The notes under the pieces are model-generated. The model ran no database searches. It worked only from the letters and a program-made list of their open reading frames with translations, and had not been told where the DNA came from. From an uncultured bacterium (GTDB taxonomy: Bacteria; Zixibacteria; MSB-5A5; CAIYYT01), in NCBI GenBank assembly GCA_963726455.1, contig CAVSCK010000004.1:864001-928000 (forward strand): DNA of 64,000 nt, written 5' to 3'. A program made the position numbers and the translations under genes. Numbering within the stretch: the first letter of the stretch is position 1; each line of letters begins with the position of its first letter. Shown piece after piece: positions 39,641 to 51,188 of this stretch.

Positions 39641-40039
39641 TTACCAAACGTAGCAGAGTGCTTCGCCGCCGACACCTTCCTGTCGGGCTTCCTCGTCGGT
39701 CATCAGGCCGCGCGAGGTGGTAAGGACTGTCATACCCATTTGATATTTCATCTTCTGCAACTTGTCTTTGTCCGCATACTGTCTCAAACCGGGACGCGAT
39801 ACGCGACGCAGGCCGCGCATGACCGGTTCGTCATGTTTGGTGTAACGCAGGTAAACCCGCAGAATACCCTGCTTGTCGTCCTTTACTTCCACGGTCTTCT
39901 TGATGAAATGATGTTCTTCAAGAATGCGCGCCAATTCCCGTTTAATATTCGAGGCCGGCACGTCGACTTTCTTCATCTTGGCTTTGTAGCCATTTCTTAT
40001 GCGAGTCAGCATATCCGCAACTGGATCAGTCATCGTCAT
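39641..40039 (-). CDS. rpsH: 30S ribosomal protein S8
   Basis: [18 protein letters not shown] and GGEALCYVW. Confidence 0.98.
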   Translation of the reverse strand: MTMTDPVADMLTRIRNGYKAKMKKVDVPASNIKRELARILEEHHFIKKTVEVKDDKQGILRVYLRYTKHDEPVMRGLRRVSRPGLRQYADKDKLQKMKYQMGMTVLTTSRGLMTDEEARQEGVGGEALCYVW

Positions 40040-40054
40040 ATTGTTCCCAACCTC

Positions 40055-40240
40055 CTACCAGCTCGCCTTGGTTACGCCAGGCAGATCACCCGCCAGAGCC
40101 ATTTCGCGGAAGCAGATACGGCACAGACCAAAGCGACGCATGTAAGCCCGCGGTCTGCCGCAGCGACGGCAGCGATTGTAGCCGCGGACGTGAAACTTCG
40201 GTTTGCGCCTCTGTTTTTCGATCAAACAGGTCTTTGCCAA
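40055..40240 (-). CDS. rpsN: 30S ribosomal protein S14 type Z
   Basis: [19 protein letters not shown]; 61 aa. Confidence 0.97.
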   Translation of the reverse strand: MAKTCLIEKQRRKPKFHVRGYNRCRRCGRPRAYMRRFGLCRICFREMALAGDLPGVTKASW

Positions 40241-40251
40241 ACGAATCTCCT

Positions 40252-40794
40252 TTAATTCTTTCTGAACGGCAGCTTCATCAGAGTCAGCAAATTAAGCGCT
40301 TCCTCATCCGTCTTCGCTGTTGTCACTATGGTTATATTCATACCCCGGACTTTGTCGATTTTATCATAATCGATTTCCGGGAAGATAATCTGTTCCTTCA
40401 GGCCGATGGTATAGTTGCCGCGGCCGTCAAACGACTTCGGCGAAATGCCGCGGAAGTCACGGACGCGCGGGAAAGCCAGATTCGACAGGCGATCCAAAAA
40501 TTCGTACATCCGTTCGCCGCGCAATGTCACGGCACAGCCGACCGGCATACCCTGGCGGAGCTTGAAATTCGAGATCGACTTCGTCGCCCGGCGCACGTAT
40601 GCCTTTTGTCCCGCGATCGTGGTGATATCACCCATCGCGGCATCCATGGCTTTGGCGTTGCTGATCGCTTCACCGAGACCGACGTTGATAACGATCTTCT
40701 CGATCTTCGGCACCTGCATGACGTTCTTGTAACCGCCTTCTTTGATCAGGCGCGGAATAACTTCCTGACGATAAAAATCCTTAAGTCGTGCCAT
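40252..40794 (-). CDS. rplE: 50S ribosomal protein L5
   Basis: [10 protein letters not shown] and FDGRGNY. Confidence 0.98.
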   Translation of the reverse strand: MARLKDFYRQEVIPRLIKEGGYKNVMQVPKIEKIVINVGLGEAISNAKAMDAAMGDITTIAGQKAYVRRATKSISNFKLRQGMPVGCAVTLRGERMYEFLDRLSNLAFPRVRDFRGISPKSFDGRGNYTIGLKEQIIFPEIDYDKIDKVRGMNITIVTTAKTDEEALNLLTLMKLPFRKN

Positions 40795-40798
40795 ATGC

Positions 40799-41122
40799 CT
40801 AAATCATTTCTCCCGACTTCTTGCTGATACGAACTTTGCCCGTTATCTGACCCTGATCGTTCTGCAACGTCCGGTAGCCGATTCGTGTCGGCGTGTTATT
40901 CTTCGTATCCATCAACTGCACCTTGGAAACGTGCAGCGGGCTTTCCTTCTCGACGATACCGCCTTTGGGATGCTTCTGCGTCGGACGGGTGTGTCTCTTT
41001 ATCAGATTGACGCCTTCCACCAGCACGTGCTCTTTGTCCGAATCAACTTTGAGCACCCGGCCGGTCTTGCCGCGATTCTTGCCGCTCAGTACCTTTACAA
41101 TGTCACCCTTGCGTATCCGCAT
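40799..41122 (-). CDS. rplX: 50S ribosomal protein L24
   Basis: [11 protein letters not shown] and VEGVN. Confidence 0.97.
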   Translation of the reverse strand: MRIRKGDIVKVLSGKNRGKTGRVLKVDSDKEHVLVEGVNLIKRHTRPTQKHPKGGIVEKESPLHVSKVQLMDTKNNTPTRIGYRTLQNDQGQITGKVRISKKSGEMI

Positions 41123-41490
41123 TACACCACCTCCGGAGCCAGCGAGATAATTTTCATGAACTGTTTGTCGCGTAATTCGCGCGCCACCGGCCCAAAAATG
41201 CGGGTGCCGCGCGGCTCTTTCTGGTCGTTGATAATCACCGCGGCGTTCTCCGAAAAACGCACGCAGGAACCGTCCTTACGGCGCGTGACTTCACGGGTGC
41301 GAACCACGACCGCTTTGCAGACTTCCGATTTCTTGACCGTGCCGCCCGGAATGGCGTCTTTCACCGTCACCACAATGATGTCACCGATACGCGCATAACG
41401 CCGCCGCGTGCCGCCGAGAATACGGAAACACATGACTTTCTTGGCGCCGGAATTATCGGCCACGTTTAATCTCGAATACTCCTGAATCAT
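41122..41490 (-). CDS. rplN: 50S ribosomal protein L14
   Basis: VADNSGAK and [12 protein letters not shown]. Confidence 0.98.
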   Translation of the reverse strand: MIQEYSRLNVADNSGAKKVMCFRILGGTRRRYARIGDIIVVTVKDAIPGGTVKKSEVCKAVVVRTREVTRRKDGSCVRFSENAAVIINDQKEPRGTRIFGPVARELRDKQFMKIISLAPEVV

Positions 41491-41492
41491 CC

Positions 41493-41744
41493 TTACACCG
41501 CTTTTTGAATCACTTTAACGAGGCGCCACCTCTTGAGCTTCGACAGCGGCCTGGTCTCCATCACCAACACTTTATCGCCAATGCCGCACTCGTTCTTTTC
41601 GTCGTGGGCATAAAGCTTCGCTCTCTTCTTAATGACCCGCTGGTATACCGGGTGCTTCATCGTCCGTTCCATTTCGACCGCGATGGTCTTTTGCATCCGG
41701 TTGGACACGACGACGCCGATTCTCGTCTTGCGCGAATTCCTCAC
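41493..41744 (-). CDS. rpsQ: 30S ribosomal protein S17
   Basis: GVVVS..KT, AHDE and ETRPLSK. Confidence 0.97.
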   Translation of the reverse strand: MRNSRKTRIGVVVSNRMQKTIAVEMERTMKHPVYQRVIKKRAKLYAHDEKNECGIGDKVLVMETRPLSKLKRWRLVKVIQKAV

Positions 41745-41747
41745 CCG

Positions 41748-41990
41748 CTACTCCTTCTTCTTATCCAGCACCAGGCGGCCACCTTCGGCGAGCCTGCGGA
41801 CCGCCAGCTCGTCCTCGCGAAGGACCGTGAGTATCCGGGCACGATCACGGCGCAGGATGCGCACGCGCACCGGATTTTGCGCCTGTTTGGTTTTTCTCTT
41901 GAGACGAAGATTGAACAGCTCTTCCTCGATCTCGGACTTCTTCTGCAAAACCTCTTCTCTCGAGAGGTCCCGATAAACATCAACCTTCAT
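41748..41990 (-). CDS. rpmC: 50S ribosomal protein L29
   Basis: ELFNLR..NP..IR..RARILT; position between rplP and rpsQ. Confidence 0.9.
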   Translation of the reverse strand: MKVDVYRDLSREEVLQKKSEIEEELFNLRLKRKTKQAQNPVRVRILRRDRARILTVLREDELAVRRLAEGGRLVLDKKKE

Positions 41991-42414
41991 TGGCGCCTCC
42001 CGACATGTAGGCACGGGCTACAAACTTGGTCTTGATCGGCAGCTTGGTGGCTGCGAGCTTCAAACCCTCTTCGGCCAGCTTGGCGTTGACGCCTTCGACC
42101 TCAAACAGCACTCTCCCCGGCTTGACTACGGCCACCCAGAATTCCGGTGCGCCTTTGCCTTTGCCCATGCGGGTTTCAGCCGGCTTCTTCGTGACCGGTT
42201 TGTCCGGGAAGATCCGAATCCAGATCTTGCCGCCTCGCTTGATATGACGGGTGAGCGCAACGCGAGCAGCCTCGATTTGCCGATTGGTAATCCATGCCGG
42301 CTCCATCGCTTTCAGTCCATATTCGCCAAAATCAATCTTGCCGCCTCGATACGCCAGTCCCCGGCGGTCGCCGCGGTGATGTTTGCGGTACTTAACTCGT
42401 TTTGGCATCAACAT
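41980..42414 (-). CDS. rplP: 50S ribosomal protein L16
   Basis: [11 protein letters not shown] and RMGKGKG. Confidence 0.98.
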   Translation of the reverse strand: MLMPKRVKYRKHHRGDRRGLAYRGGKIDFGEYGLKAMEPAWITNRQIEAARVALTRHIKRGGKIWIRIFPDKPVTKKPAETRMGKGKGAPEFWVAVVKPGRVLFEVEGVNAKLAEEGLKLAATKLPIKTKFVARAYMSGGANEG

Positions 42415-42494
42415 ATATAGCTACTCCACGTTTCCAAAAATCAAAGATTTGTATTTTAAGCAAAACCCGCGTTCGCCGCAAGTCCTTTTTTCCC

Positions 42495-43352
42495 TTATTT
42501 TTGCTCACCCTGGTTTGGAGGGCGACGATCACCCTGCGGACCGCCTCCACCTGGCCGATTGTCACCATCACGGTGCGGCTTGCGTATGCGACCACGCGCC
42601 TGTGGGCCGCCTCTGTCACCGCCACGATCGCCACCACGACGCGGACCACGATCACGACGGTCACGGTCAAAGCGCGGCTTCTGCTGCTCCTGAGCTTCTT
42701 CCTTGCGTTCGGTGGCAGCACCCATGCGATCCAGAATTTCGCCGCGGCAGATCCACACCTTCACGCCGATACAGCCGTAGGCAGTGTGCGCCGTGCACGC
42801 GGCGTAATCGATATCAGCGCGCAAAGTGTGCAACGGGATTCTGCCTTCTTTGTATTTCTCCGTACGAGCGATTTCTGCGCCCGCCAAACGACCGCCACAG
42901 GACATCTTGATGCCCTCGGCGCCCATCTTCATCGTAGCGGCAATGGATTTCTTCATCGCGCGCCGGAAGCTGATTCGGCCTTCCAACTGGCGGGCGATTG
43001 ATTCGCCAACCAGACGCGCCGAAAGCTCCGGCTTCTTGACTTCGATAATATTCAGGGTAATATCGCTCTTGGCAACCAGGCGCAACTCTTCGCGCAACTT
43101 GTCGACTTCGATGCCCTTGCGACCAATGACGATTCCCGGTCGAGAGGTATGGATGTCCACGGTAACCTTCTTCGGATCGCGAAGAATTTCTACCGTGGCA
43201 ACCCCTGCGTTTTCCAGACGCTGATTGATATAACGCTTTATCTTGAGATCTTCTTCCACCAGATCGGCGAAATGCCTCTGGGTGAACCATTTGGAATTCC
43301 AGCTACGTATGATTCCCAATCTCAAGCCGATGGGGTTTGTCTTCTGTCCCAA
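42495..43352 (-). CDS. rpsC: 30S ribosomal protein S3 with Arg/Gly-rich tail
   Basis: GQKTNPIGLRLG and PLHTLRADIDY. Confidence 0.98.
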   Translation of the reverse strand: MGQKTNPIGLRLGIIRSWNSKWFTQRHFADLVEEDLKIKRYINQRLENAGVATVEILRDPKKVTVDIHTSRPGIVIGRKGIEVDKLREELRLVAKSDITLNIIEVKKPELSARLVGESIARQLEGRISFRRAMKKSIAATMKMGAEGIKMSCGGRLAGAEIARTEKYKEGRIPLHTLRADIDYAACTAHTAYGCIGVKVWICRGEILDRMGAATERKEEAQEQQKPRFDRDRRDRGPRRGGDRGGDRGGPQARGRIRKPHRDGDNRPGGGGPQGDRRPPNQGEQK

Positions 43353-43367
43353 TACTCTCTCCTTAAG

Positions 43368-43778
43368 CTATTCTTCTGCTTTCGCTTCTTTAGTGGCCGT
43401 CTTTGCCCGGCGACGCTGCCGCTCTTCGCGGGCTTCACCGGCAACTATGACGGTTATATGACACAGGCGATGTTTCAAAGTCATGGCGCGCCCCATTGAT
43501 GCGGCACGAAACCGCTTATACGCCGGACCGTTATCCACGAATATGGTCTTGATCGTGAGGTCTTCAGCCTTCAACCGACCGGTGCCGACTTCGCTGATGG
43601 CATTTGCCGCTGCCGACTTGACGACCTTCTTGATCGGATCGGCTGCCCGCTTGGGGACAAAAGTGAGGATGGCAATGGCCTCATCAACTTTCTTGCCGCG
43701 AACCAGGTCGGCAACGATACGCGCCTTGCGACCGGACATGCGCAAATATCGTGCTCTGGCTGTTGCTTCCAAATGCAT
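43368..43778 (-). CDS. rplV: 50S ribosomal protein L22
   Basis: RKARIVADLVRG, SAAANA and HITV. Confidence 0.97.
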   Translation of the reverse strand: MHLEATARARYLRMSGRKARIVADLVRGKKVDEAIAILTFVPKRAADPIKKVVKSAAANAISEVGTGRLKAEDLTIKTIFVDNGPAYKRFRAASMGRAMTLKHRLCHITVIVAGEAREERQRRRAKTATKEAKAEE

Positions 43779-43791
43779 AGACGCGTTTCTC

Positions 43792-44082
43792 CTACTTAAC
43801 TTTCGTGGTCTTCTCGGTCAACTTCTGTCCGGAGTGTCCCCGGAACGTGCGTGTCGGCGCAAACTCACCCAATTTGTGACCCACCATGTTCTCCGTAATG
43901 TAGACCGGGATGAACTTGTTGCCGTTATGAATCGCCAACGTGTGACCCACAAACTCAGGAGATATCGTAGAGCGCCGCGACCAAGTCTTTACAACTTTCT
44001 TATCACTGGTGGCATTAAGCCCCTCGATCTTCTTGAACAGACTCGGCTCGATGTATGGTCCTTTTTTCAGCGAACGGCTCAT
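43792..44082 (-). CDS. rpsS: 30S ribosomal protein S19
   Basis: [15 protein letters not shown] and [11 protein letters not shown]. Confidence 0.98.
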   Translation of the reverse strand: MSRSLKKGPYIEPSLFKKIEGLNATSDKKVVKTWSRRSTISPEFVGHTLAIHNGNKFIPVYITENMVGHKLGEFAPTRTFRGHSGQKLTEKTTKVK

Positions 44083-44101
44083 TGTTCCTCCAACGACTCT
44101 C

Positions 44102-44923
44102 CTACTTGCGCCTCTTGACAATCATCTTGTCAGAGGATTTTGTCTTGCGGGTCTTCAGACCCTTCGATTTCAAACCCCACGGCGAACAAGGGTGACGTCC
44201 GCCGGATGAACGGCCTTCGCCGCCACCCATCGGATGGTCAACCGGGTTCATGGCAACACCACGTACTGAGGGACGACGTCCCAACCAGCGCGAACGGCCG
44301 GCCTTGCCGAGGGAAATAGTGTCATGTTCGATATTGCCGACCTGGCCGATGGTGGCGAAACAGGTCAATTTGACGAGCCGGACTTCGTTCGACGGCATAC
44401 GCAGGTGGGCAAAATCACCCTCCTTTACCATCAACTGAATCATCGTGCCGGCGGAACGTCCCAGTTGGGCGCCTCTCCCCGGCTGCAATTCAACATTATG
44501 AATAAAGGTGCCGGGCGGAATCTTGCCGATCGGCATCGCGTTGCCGACCTTGATTTCGATATCTTCGCCGGACATGATCTTGTCACCGACCTTGAGGCCT
44601 TCCGGCGCGACGATATAACGCTTCTCGCCATCCGCGTAATGCAGCAGGGCGATGCGCGCCGAACGGTTGGGGTCATATTCAATCGAAGCAACGGTTGCCT
44701 CGATATTATGCTTGTTGCGCTTGAAATCTATGATACGATAAGCGCGCTTATGTCCACCGCCCCGGCAGAAGGCCGTAACCCGGCCGCGATTGTTGCGGCC
44801 GCCCGACTTGCGCATTGGCTCAAGCAGAGACTTCAACGGCTTATCGGCGGTGACCTCTTCGAACGTCGATACCGTCATGTGGCGGAGTCCGGGAGTGTGC
44901 GGTTTAAATGACTTAATTCCCAT
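44102..44923 (-). CDS. rplB: 50S ribosomal protein L2
   Basis: EYDPNRSA and [14 protein letters not shown]. Confidence 0.98.
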   Translation of the reverse strand: MGIKSFKPHTPGLRHMTVSTFEEVTADKPLKSLLEPMRKSGGRNNRGRVTAFCRGGGHKRAYRIIDFKRNKHNIEATVASIEYDPNRSARIALLHYADGEKRYIVAPEGLKVGDKIMSGEDIEIKVGNAMPIGKIPPGTFIHNVELQPGRGAQLGRSAGTMIQLMVKEGDFAHLRMPSNEVRLVKLTCFATIGQVGNIEHDTISLGKAGRSRWLGRRPSVRGVAMNPVDHPMGGGEGRSSGGRHPCSPWGLKSKGLKTRKTKSSDKMIVKRRK

Positions 44924-44961
44924 AGTATTCTATCCTAACTGTAACTCTTCTACACTTCCGA

Positions 44962-45255
44962 TCAGATGTTCTCGAACTCGTTGATCTTCTGATCCTTCGC
45001 CAATTTGACGATTGCTTTCTTCCACTCGGGCGTAAATCCGGGATGATAGCGTCCCATCCGTCTTTCCTTGCCCGGGTTATTCAGGGTCATGACCTTCACG
45101 ACCTTCACGTTGTATAGCTTTTCCACCGCCAACTTGACATCGATCTTGTTGGCATCGCGGGCTACTTCAAAGACGTAGTCATTGAATTTCGCGCGCACTG
45201 CCAGCGACTTCTCGCTGATCAATAGCGTCTTCAGTACTTGCCGCGGGTCCTTCAT
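44962..45255 (-). CDS. rplW: 50S ribosomal protein L23
   Basis: SEKS..F.V...ANK and WKKAIV. Confidence 0.96.
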   Translation of the reverse strand: MKDPRQVLKTLLISEKSLAVRAKFNDYVFEVARDANKIDVKLAVEKLYNVKVVKVMTLNNPGKERRMGRYHPGFTPEWKKAIVKLAKDQKINEFENI

Positions 45256-45881
45256 TTGCCAAATACCTCCTCGCACTCCTGTAGTCCGTTCGGAGTCAGG
45301 AGCAGATAATCGGCGCCAATGATGTCATAGGCGTTGACCAACGAGGCGCGTTTGTAAGTAAGCTTGGGGATGTTACGGCAGGACAGTTCCAGGTTATGAT
45401 CGATGCCCGTGTTCAGGAACAGAACCTTGCCGTCATTAACCTTGAGATCCGCCAGCATCTTCACGATAGTCTTCGTCTGCGGCTTTTCGAACGTCGGCGC
45501 GTCGACAACTTTCAGCTTGTCTCCCTGCACCTTCAAAGTCATTGCTGCCTGGATTGCCTGACGTTTCATCTTGCGCGGAATCTTGGTCTCATAGTCGCGC
45601 GGCTTGGGACCGAACGCCTGGCCGCCACCCGGCCATAACGGCGAGGTGTTACTGCCGGCGCGGGCACGACCGGTGCCTTTTTGCTTGAACGGCTTGACGC
45701 CGCCGCCGGATACTTCGGCACGTGTCAAAGTCGAATGCGTTCCCTGGCGCTGATTATTGAGATAGCGTTTGACCGACTGATGTATCGAAGTGAGCTTGGG
45801 GTCAACGCCAAACACTTTGTCAGACAGATTCCTTTCGCCTGTCTGCTGGCCCGTCGGAGAATATACTTTAGCGGTTGCCAT
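45252..45881 (-). CDS. rplD: 50S ribosomal protein L4
   Basis: RQGT, KQKGTGRARAG and FGPKPR. Confidence 0.97.
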   Translation of the reverse strand: MATAKVYSPTGQQTGERNLSDKVFGVDPKLTSIHQSVKRYLNNQRQGTHSTLTRAEVSGGGVKPFKQKGTGRARAGSNTSPLWPGGGQAFGPKPRDYETKIPRKMKRQAIQAAMTLKVQGDKLKVVDAPTFEKPQTKTIVKMLADLKVNDGKVLFLNTGIDHNLELSCRNIPKLTYKRASLVNAYDIIGADYLLLTPNGLQECEEVFGK

Positions 45882-45884
45882 GGC

Positions 45885-46508
45885 TTATTTCTTTCTAATT
45901 CTGACGAATGTGTTCTTCTTGCCCGGAACAGCGCCTCTGACGGCGATTATGTTCGTTTCCGGATCTACCAGAACCACCTGAAGGTTCTTTACCGTGGTGG
46001 TGTTACCGCCCATCCTGCCAGCCATGCGCGTGCCTTTGAAGGTACGCGATGGATAGGAAGACGCACCCACTGAACCCGGTGCGCGCAAGCGGTCAGATTG
46101 ACCGTGTGTCTGGGGACCGCCGCGGAAATGGTGCAAGCGCACGACGCCCTGAAATCCAAGTCCCTTGCTCACCGAAATGACGTCGACTTTCTCGCCGACC
46201 CGGAACACATCAACACCGAACACCTGGCCGAGTTGGATTCCTTCAACGGAATCAAGCCGGACTTCACCAAGGCGCGCAAACGGCTTTACACCGGCACGCT
46301 TGAAATGTCCCAACAGCGGCTTGGTCGTAGTTTTTTCTTTCTTGTTGCCGAACCCAAGTTGAACGGCTTCGTAGCCTTCACTGTCCTTCTTCTTGATCTG
46401 GACAACCACATTCGGAGCGGCTTCCAAGAGCGTCACAGTCACGGCGATGCCTTTTTCATTGAACAGGCGCGACATACCCAGTTTACGTCCTAACAGCGCA
46501 TTCATCAT
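45885..46508 (-). CDS. rplC: 50S ribosomal protein L3
   Basis: GRKLGM, GFQG and MAGRMG. Confidence 0.97.
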   Translation of the reverse strand: MMNALLGRKLGMSRLFNEKGIAVTVTLLEAAPNVVVQIKKKDSEGYEAVQLGFGNKKEKTTTKPLLGHFKRAGVKPFARLGEVRLDSVEGIQLGQVFGVDVFRVGEKVDVISVSKGLGFQGVVRLHHFRGGPQTHGQSDRLRAPGSVGASSYPSRTFKGTRMAGRMGGNTTTVKNLQVVLVDPETNIIAVRGAVPGKKNTFVRIRKK

Positions 46509-46517
46509 CGACCTCCC

Positions 46518-46832
46518 TTACACCTTTATCTCTACATCAACGCCGGCCGGCAGGTCGAGCTTGGAAAGAGCATCGAGTGTCTGCGGGGTCGAATCGTAAA
46601 TGTCGATCAGACGTTTATGCACACGGGTTTCGAACTGCTCGCGCGACTTCTTGTCGACATGCGGCGAACGCAATACCGTGTAAATCGTTTTCTTGGTCGG
46701 CAAGGGAATCGGGCCGGCAATTCGCGCGCCGGTACGCAGCGCGGTGCGGGCAATTTCCTTGGTCGATTTATCGAGTGAATAGTGATCGTACGCTTTGAGA
46801 CGTATCCGAATTTTCTGTGTAGTTGTCGTCAT
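46518..46832 (-). CDS. rpsJ: 30S ribosomal protein S10
   Basis: [17 protein letters not shown] and SREQFE. Confidence 0.98.
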   Translation of the reverse strand: MTTTTQKIRIRLKAYDHYSLDKSTKEIARTALRTGARIAGPIPLPTKKTIYTVLRSPHVDKKSREQFETRVHKRLIDIYDSTPQTLDALSKLDLPAGVDVEIKV

Positions 46833-46836
46833 GCTA

Positions 46837-48045
<1,209 letters not shown>

Positions 48046-48090
48046 TCTATCTGCTATCCTCCAGATATGTAAAAATCACAAACTTCTAAG

Positions 48091-50148
48091 TTACACCAAT
48101 TCCATCTTTTTCGCAAGTAGTTCTGGAACCGGGGCGTATTCGGCAAATTCCATCGTGTAGATCGCCCGTCCTTGAGAAAGCGACCGTAGACGCGTCGCAT
48201 ATCCGAACATCTCGCCCAATGGCACCAAAGCAGAGAGTATTTGGCCATCCGGCCGGCTATTGATACCCTTGATGGTGGCTCGGCGCGACCGGAGGTCGTT
48301 CATTACATCTCCCAGATATTCTTCCGGCAGAACGACTTCCACGTCCATAACCGGCTCCAGCAGAACCGGCTTGGCCTTGCGGCAACCCTCCTGAAACGCC
48401 ATCGACCCGGCAATCTTGAACGCCAGGTCGGAGGAGTCAACTTCATGGTACGAGCCGTCAAGCAGTCGTGCCAGAATGCCCGTAACCGGGTATCCGGCAA
48501 CAACACCATTAGTCATTGCCTCCTTGACGCCACGTTCCACCGATGGGATATATTCGTGCGGAATGGATCCGCCAACGATCTTGTTTTCGAACTTGAATTC
48601 CGTGCCGTTTCGCAGCGGCTCGAATTCCATTACGACATGGCCATACTGTCCTCGGCCACCGCTCTGGCGAACAAAACGACCTTCGGCCTCGACAGTAGTA
48701 GTGATAGTTTCCTTGTAAGCGACACGCGGGCTGCCGACATTGGCCTTTACCCCGAATTCCCGCAGCAGGCGGTCAATAATTATTTCCAGATGTAATTCGC
48801 CCATACCGGAGATGATTGTCTGACCTGTTTCCTCGTTAGACGTGACCCGGAATGTTGGGTCCTCATCCGACAACTTGCGCAGTGATTGATCGAGCTTCTC
48901 AAGATCGGCTTTTGTCTTCGGCTCAATGGCCACCGACACTACCGGCTCGGGAAACTTCATCATTTCCAGCAGGATAGGATGTTGCGTTTCGCAAAGCGTA
49001 TTGCCGGTCGTCGTAGCTTTCAGTCCGATCGCGGCGACAATATCGCCGGTTCTGGCCTCCGGCAAATCAGTACGCCGGTTGGCATGCATCAGTAACAACC
49101 TGGAGATGCGTTCCTTCTTATCGGTGTTGGCATTAAGAACCTGCCCGCCCGACTTGACAACTCCGGAGTATACTCTGAAATAGGTCAACTTTCCTACGTG
49201 CGGGTCGGTGGCAACCTTAAATGCCAGCGCCGCAAACGGCTCGTCATCTGACGGCTTTCTAACGACAATCTTTTCAGTACGAGGATGGTGTCCCTCCACC
49301 GGAGGAAGATCTACCGGTGACGGCAGGAAATCGACGATGGCGTCGAGTAATTTCTGCACGCCCTTATTCTTGAATGACGACCCTACCAGTACCGGGGTGA
49401 CTTTGCAGTCAATTGTCGCCTGCCTTAGCGCCTTTTTAATGCGATCCACCGGCGGCTCTTCATTGTTCAGAAACATTTCCAACAGATGGTCGTCATAATC
49501 CGAAATCGATTCGAGCATTTTTTCACGCCACTTGCGCGCCCGCTCCATCAAAGACTTGGGGATCTCGAGATCGTCATAGGTCATGCCCTGAGTCTCATCG
49601 TGATAAATTCTCATCTTCATTTCGATGAGTTCGATAACACCCGTAAACATGTCCCCTTCGCCCGTCGGTATCTGAATCGGAATAAATCTCGAACTGAGCC
49701 GTTTCCGCATCATTTCCAAACTCCCCTCAAACGAAGCGCCGATGCGGTCCATCTTGTTAATATAGGAGATGCGGGGCACGCCGTATTTGTCGGCCTGGCG
49801 CCAGACAGTCTCGGACTGCGGTTCGACACCGCCGACAGCACAGAAGATGGCGACGGCGCCGTCGAGAATGCGCAAGCTGCGCTCAACCTCGGCGGTAAAG
49901 TCGACATGTCCCGGGGTGTCAATGATGTTGATCTGGTAGTCATCCCAGTAACAGGTGGTGGCGGCCGACGTAATCGTAATTCCGCGTTCCTTCTCCTGCT
50001 CCATCCAGTCCATGGTCGCCGCGCCTTCATGCACCTCACCCATTCGATGCACCTTACCTGTGTAATACAGGATGCGCTCCGTGGTTGTGGTCTTGCCGGC
50101 GTCTATGTGAGCCATGATACCGATGTTTCTAAGTTTCTTAACGTCCAT
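48091..50148 (-). CDS. fusA: Elongation factor G
   Basis: [19 protein letters not shown] and GMGELHL. Confidence 0.98.
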   Translation of the reverse strand: MDVKKLRNIGIMAHIDAGKTTTTERILYYTGKVHRMGEVHEGAATMDWMEQEKERGITITSAATTCYWDDYQINIIDTPGHVDFTAEVERSLRILDGAVAIFCAVGGVEPQSETVWRQADKYGVPRISYINKMDRIGASFEGSLEMMRKRLSSRFIPIQIPTGEGDMFTGVIELIEMKMRIYHDETQGMTYDDLEIPKSLMERARKWREKMLESISDYDDHLLEMFLNNEEPPVDRIKKALRQATIDCKVTPVLVGSSFKNKGVQKLLDAIVDFLPSPVDLPPVEGHHPRTEKIVVRKPSDDEPFAALAFKVATDPHVGKLTYFRVYSGVVKSGGQVLNANTDKKERISRLLLMHANRRTDLPEARTGDIVAAIGLKATTTGNTLCETQHPILLEMMKFPEPVVSVAIEPKTKADLEKLDQSLRKLSDEDPTFRVTSNEETGQTIISGMGELHLEIIIDRLLREFGVKANVGSPRVAYKETITTTVEAEGRFVRQSGGRGQYGHVVMEFEPLRNGTEFKFENKIVGGSIPHEYIPSVERGVKEAMTNGVVAGYPVTGILARLLDGSYHEVDSSDLAFKIAGSMAFQEGCRKAKPVLLEPVMDVEVVLPEEYLGDVMNDLRSRRATIKGINSRPDGQILSALVPLGEMFGYATRLRSLSQGRAIYTMEFAEYAPVPELLAKKMELV

Positions 50149-50223
50149 ATATCCAGATAAAAAAGTCTCCACTGAAATTTTTTCAACGTAACAAGCTTCA
50201 GCGGAGACTAACCGAGTTAGCTA

Positions 50224-50694
50224 TTACCAGCGGAAATGGGCAAAGGCCTTGTTGGCCTCCGCCATCCGGTGTGTATCCTCCCGTTTCTTGATGGCGGCTC
50301 CTTCGTTCTTGGATGCAGCCAGAAACTCCGTCGCCAACCTCTCCGCCATAGTCTTTTCGGAGCGATCCCGGGAGTAACCGATGATCCAGCGAAACGCAAG
50401 AGCCGTCCGACGGTCGGACGGGACTTCGACAGGCACCTGATAGGTGGCGCCGCCGACGCGGCGCGACTTGACTTCCAAAAGCGGCTTGACGTTGTTCAGG
50501 GCTTTGTAGAACACGTCCAGACCCTTCTGGTTGTGTTTCTTCTCGATGATTTCGAGCGCGTCGTAGAAGATATTCTCCGCTACGGATTTCTTGCCGCGCT
50601 CCATCAGGCAGTTGATAAACTGCGAAACTACCGTATCGCCATACAGCGGATCGGGCTTCCGGGGCCGTTTCTCGACGGCTTTCTTCCTTGGCAT
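50224..50694 (-). CDS. rpsG: 30S ribosomal protein S7
   Basis: [11 protein letters not shown] and [10 protein letters not shown]. Confidence 0.98.
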   Translation of the reverse strand: MPRKKAVEKRPRKPDPLYGDTVVSQFINCLMERGKKSVAENIFYDALEIIEKKHNQKGLDVFYKALNNVKPLLEVKSRRVGGATYQVPVEVPSDRRTALAFRWIIGYSRDRSEKTMAERLATEFLAASKNEGAAIKKREDTHRMAEANKAFAHFRW

Positions 50695-50715
50695 TTTATG
50701 ATATCTCCGCTTTCA

Positions 50716-51090
50716 CTATTTCTTCGCTCGCTTGGCGCCATATTTTGACCGACTGCGCATTCTGTTTTCCACTCCGGAAGCATCCATGGTGCCACGAATG
50801 ATGTGGTACCGAACGCCCGGCAAGTCCTTGACACGACCACCGCGGATCAGCACGATCGAGTGCTCTTGCAGATTATGACCGATACCGGGAATGTACGCAG
50901 TCACTTCCATCTGGTTGGTCAGCCGGACACGGGCAACTTTACGCAGCGCCGAGTTCGGCTTCTTCGGGGTCGATGTATATACGCGCGTACAGACACCGCG
51001 CTTCTGAGGGCTACCTTTAAGAGCGGGCGTACTCGTCTTGTGGAGCACTTGCTGTCTTCCCTTGCGAATAAGCTGATTAATTGTCGGCAA
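50716..51090 (-). CDS. rpsL: 30S ribosomal protein S12
   Basis: [16 protein letters not shown] and RVKDLPG; TTG start. Confidence 0.98.
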   Translation of the reverse strand: MPTINQLIRKGRQQVLHKTSTPALKGSPQKRGVCTRVYTSTPKKPNSALRKVARVRLTNQMEVTAYIPGIGHNLQEHSIVLIRGGRVKDLPGVRYHIIRGTMDASGVENRMRSRSKYGAKRAKK

Positions 51091-51160
51091 ACTAATCCTT
51101 TCCTCTATTTATCTCGCCTGCGCGCCGAAAAAAGGCGCAAAAATCCGAAACAAGACTTTT

Positions 51161-51188
51161 AATATAGAGTCGAGCCCTGGAGTGTCAA
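51161..51188 (-). promoter_or_regulatory. Putative str operon promoter overlapping the rpoC stop codon
   Basis: TTGACA-16 bp-TATATT; the TGA of rpoC lies inside the -35 box. Confidence 0.55.
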
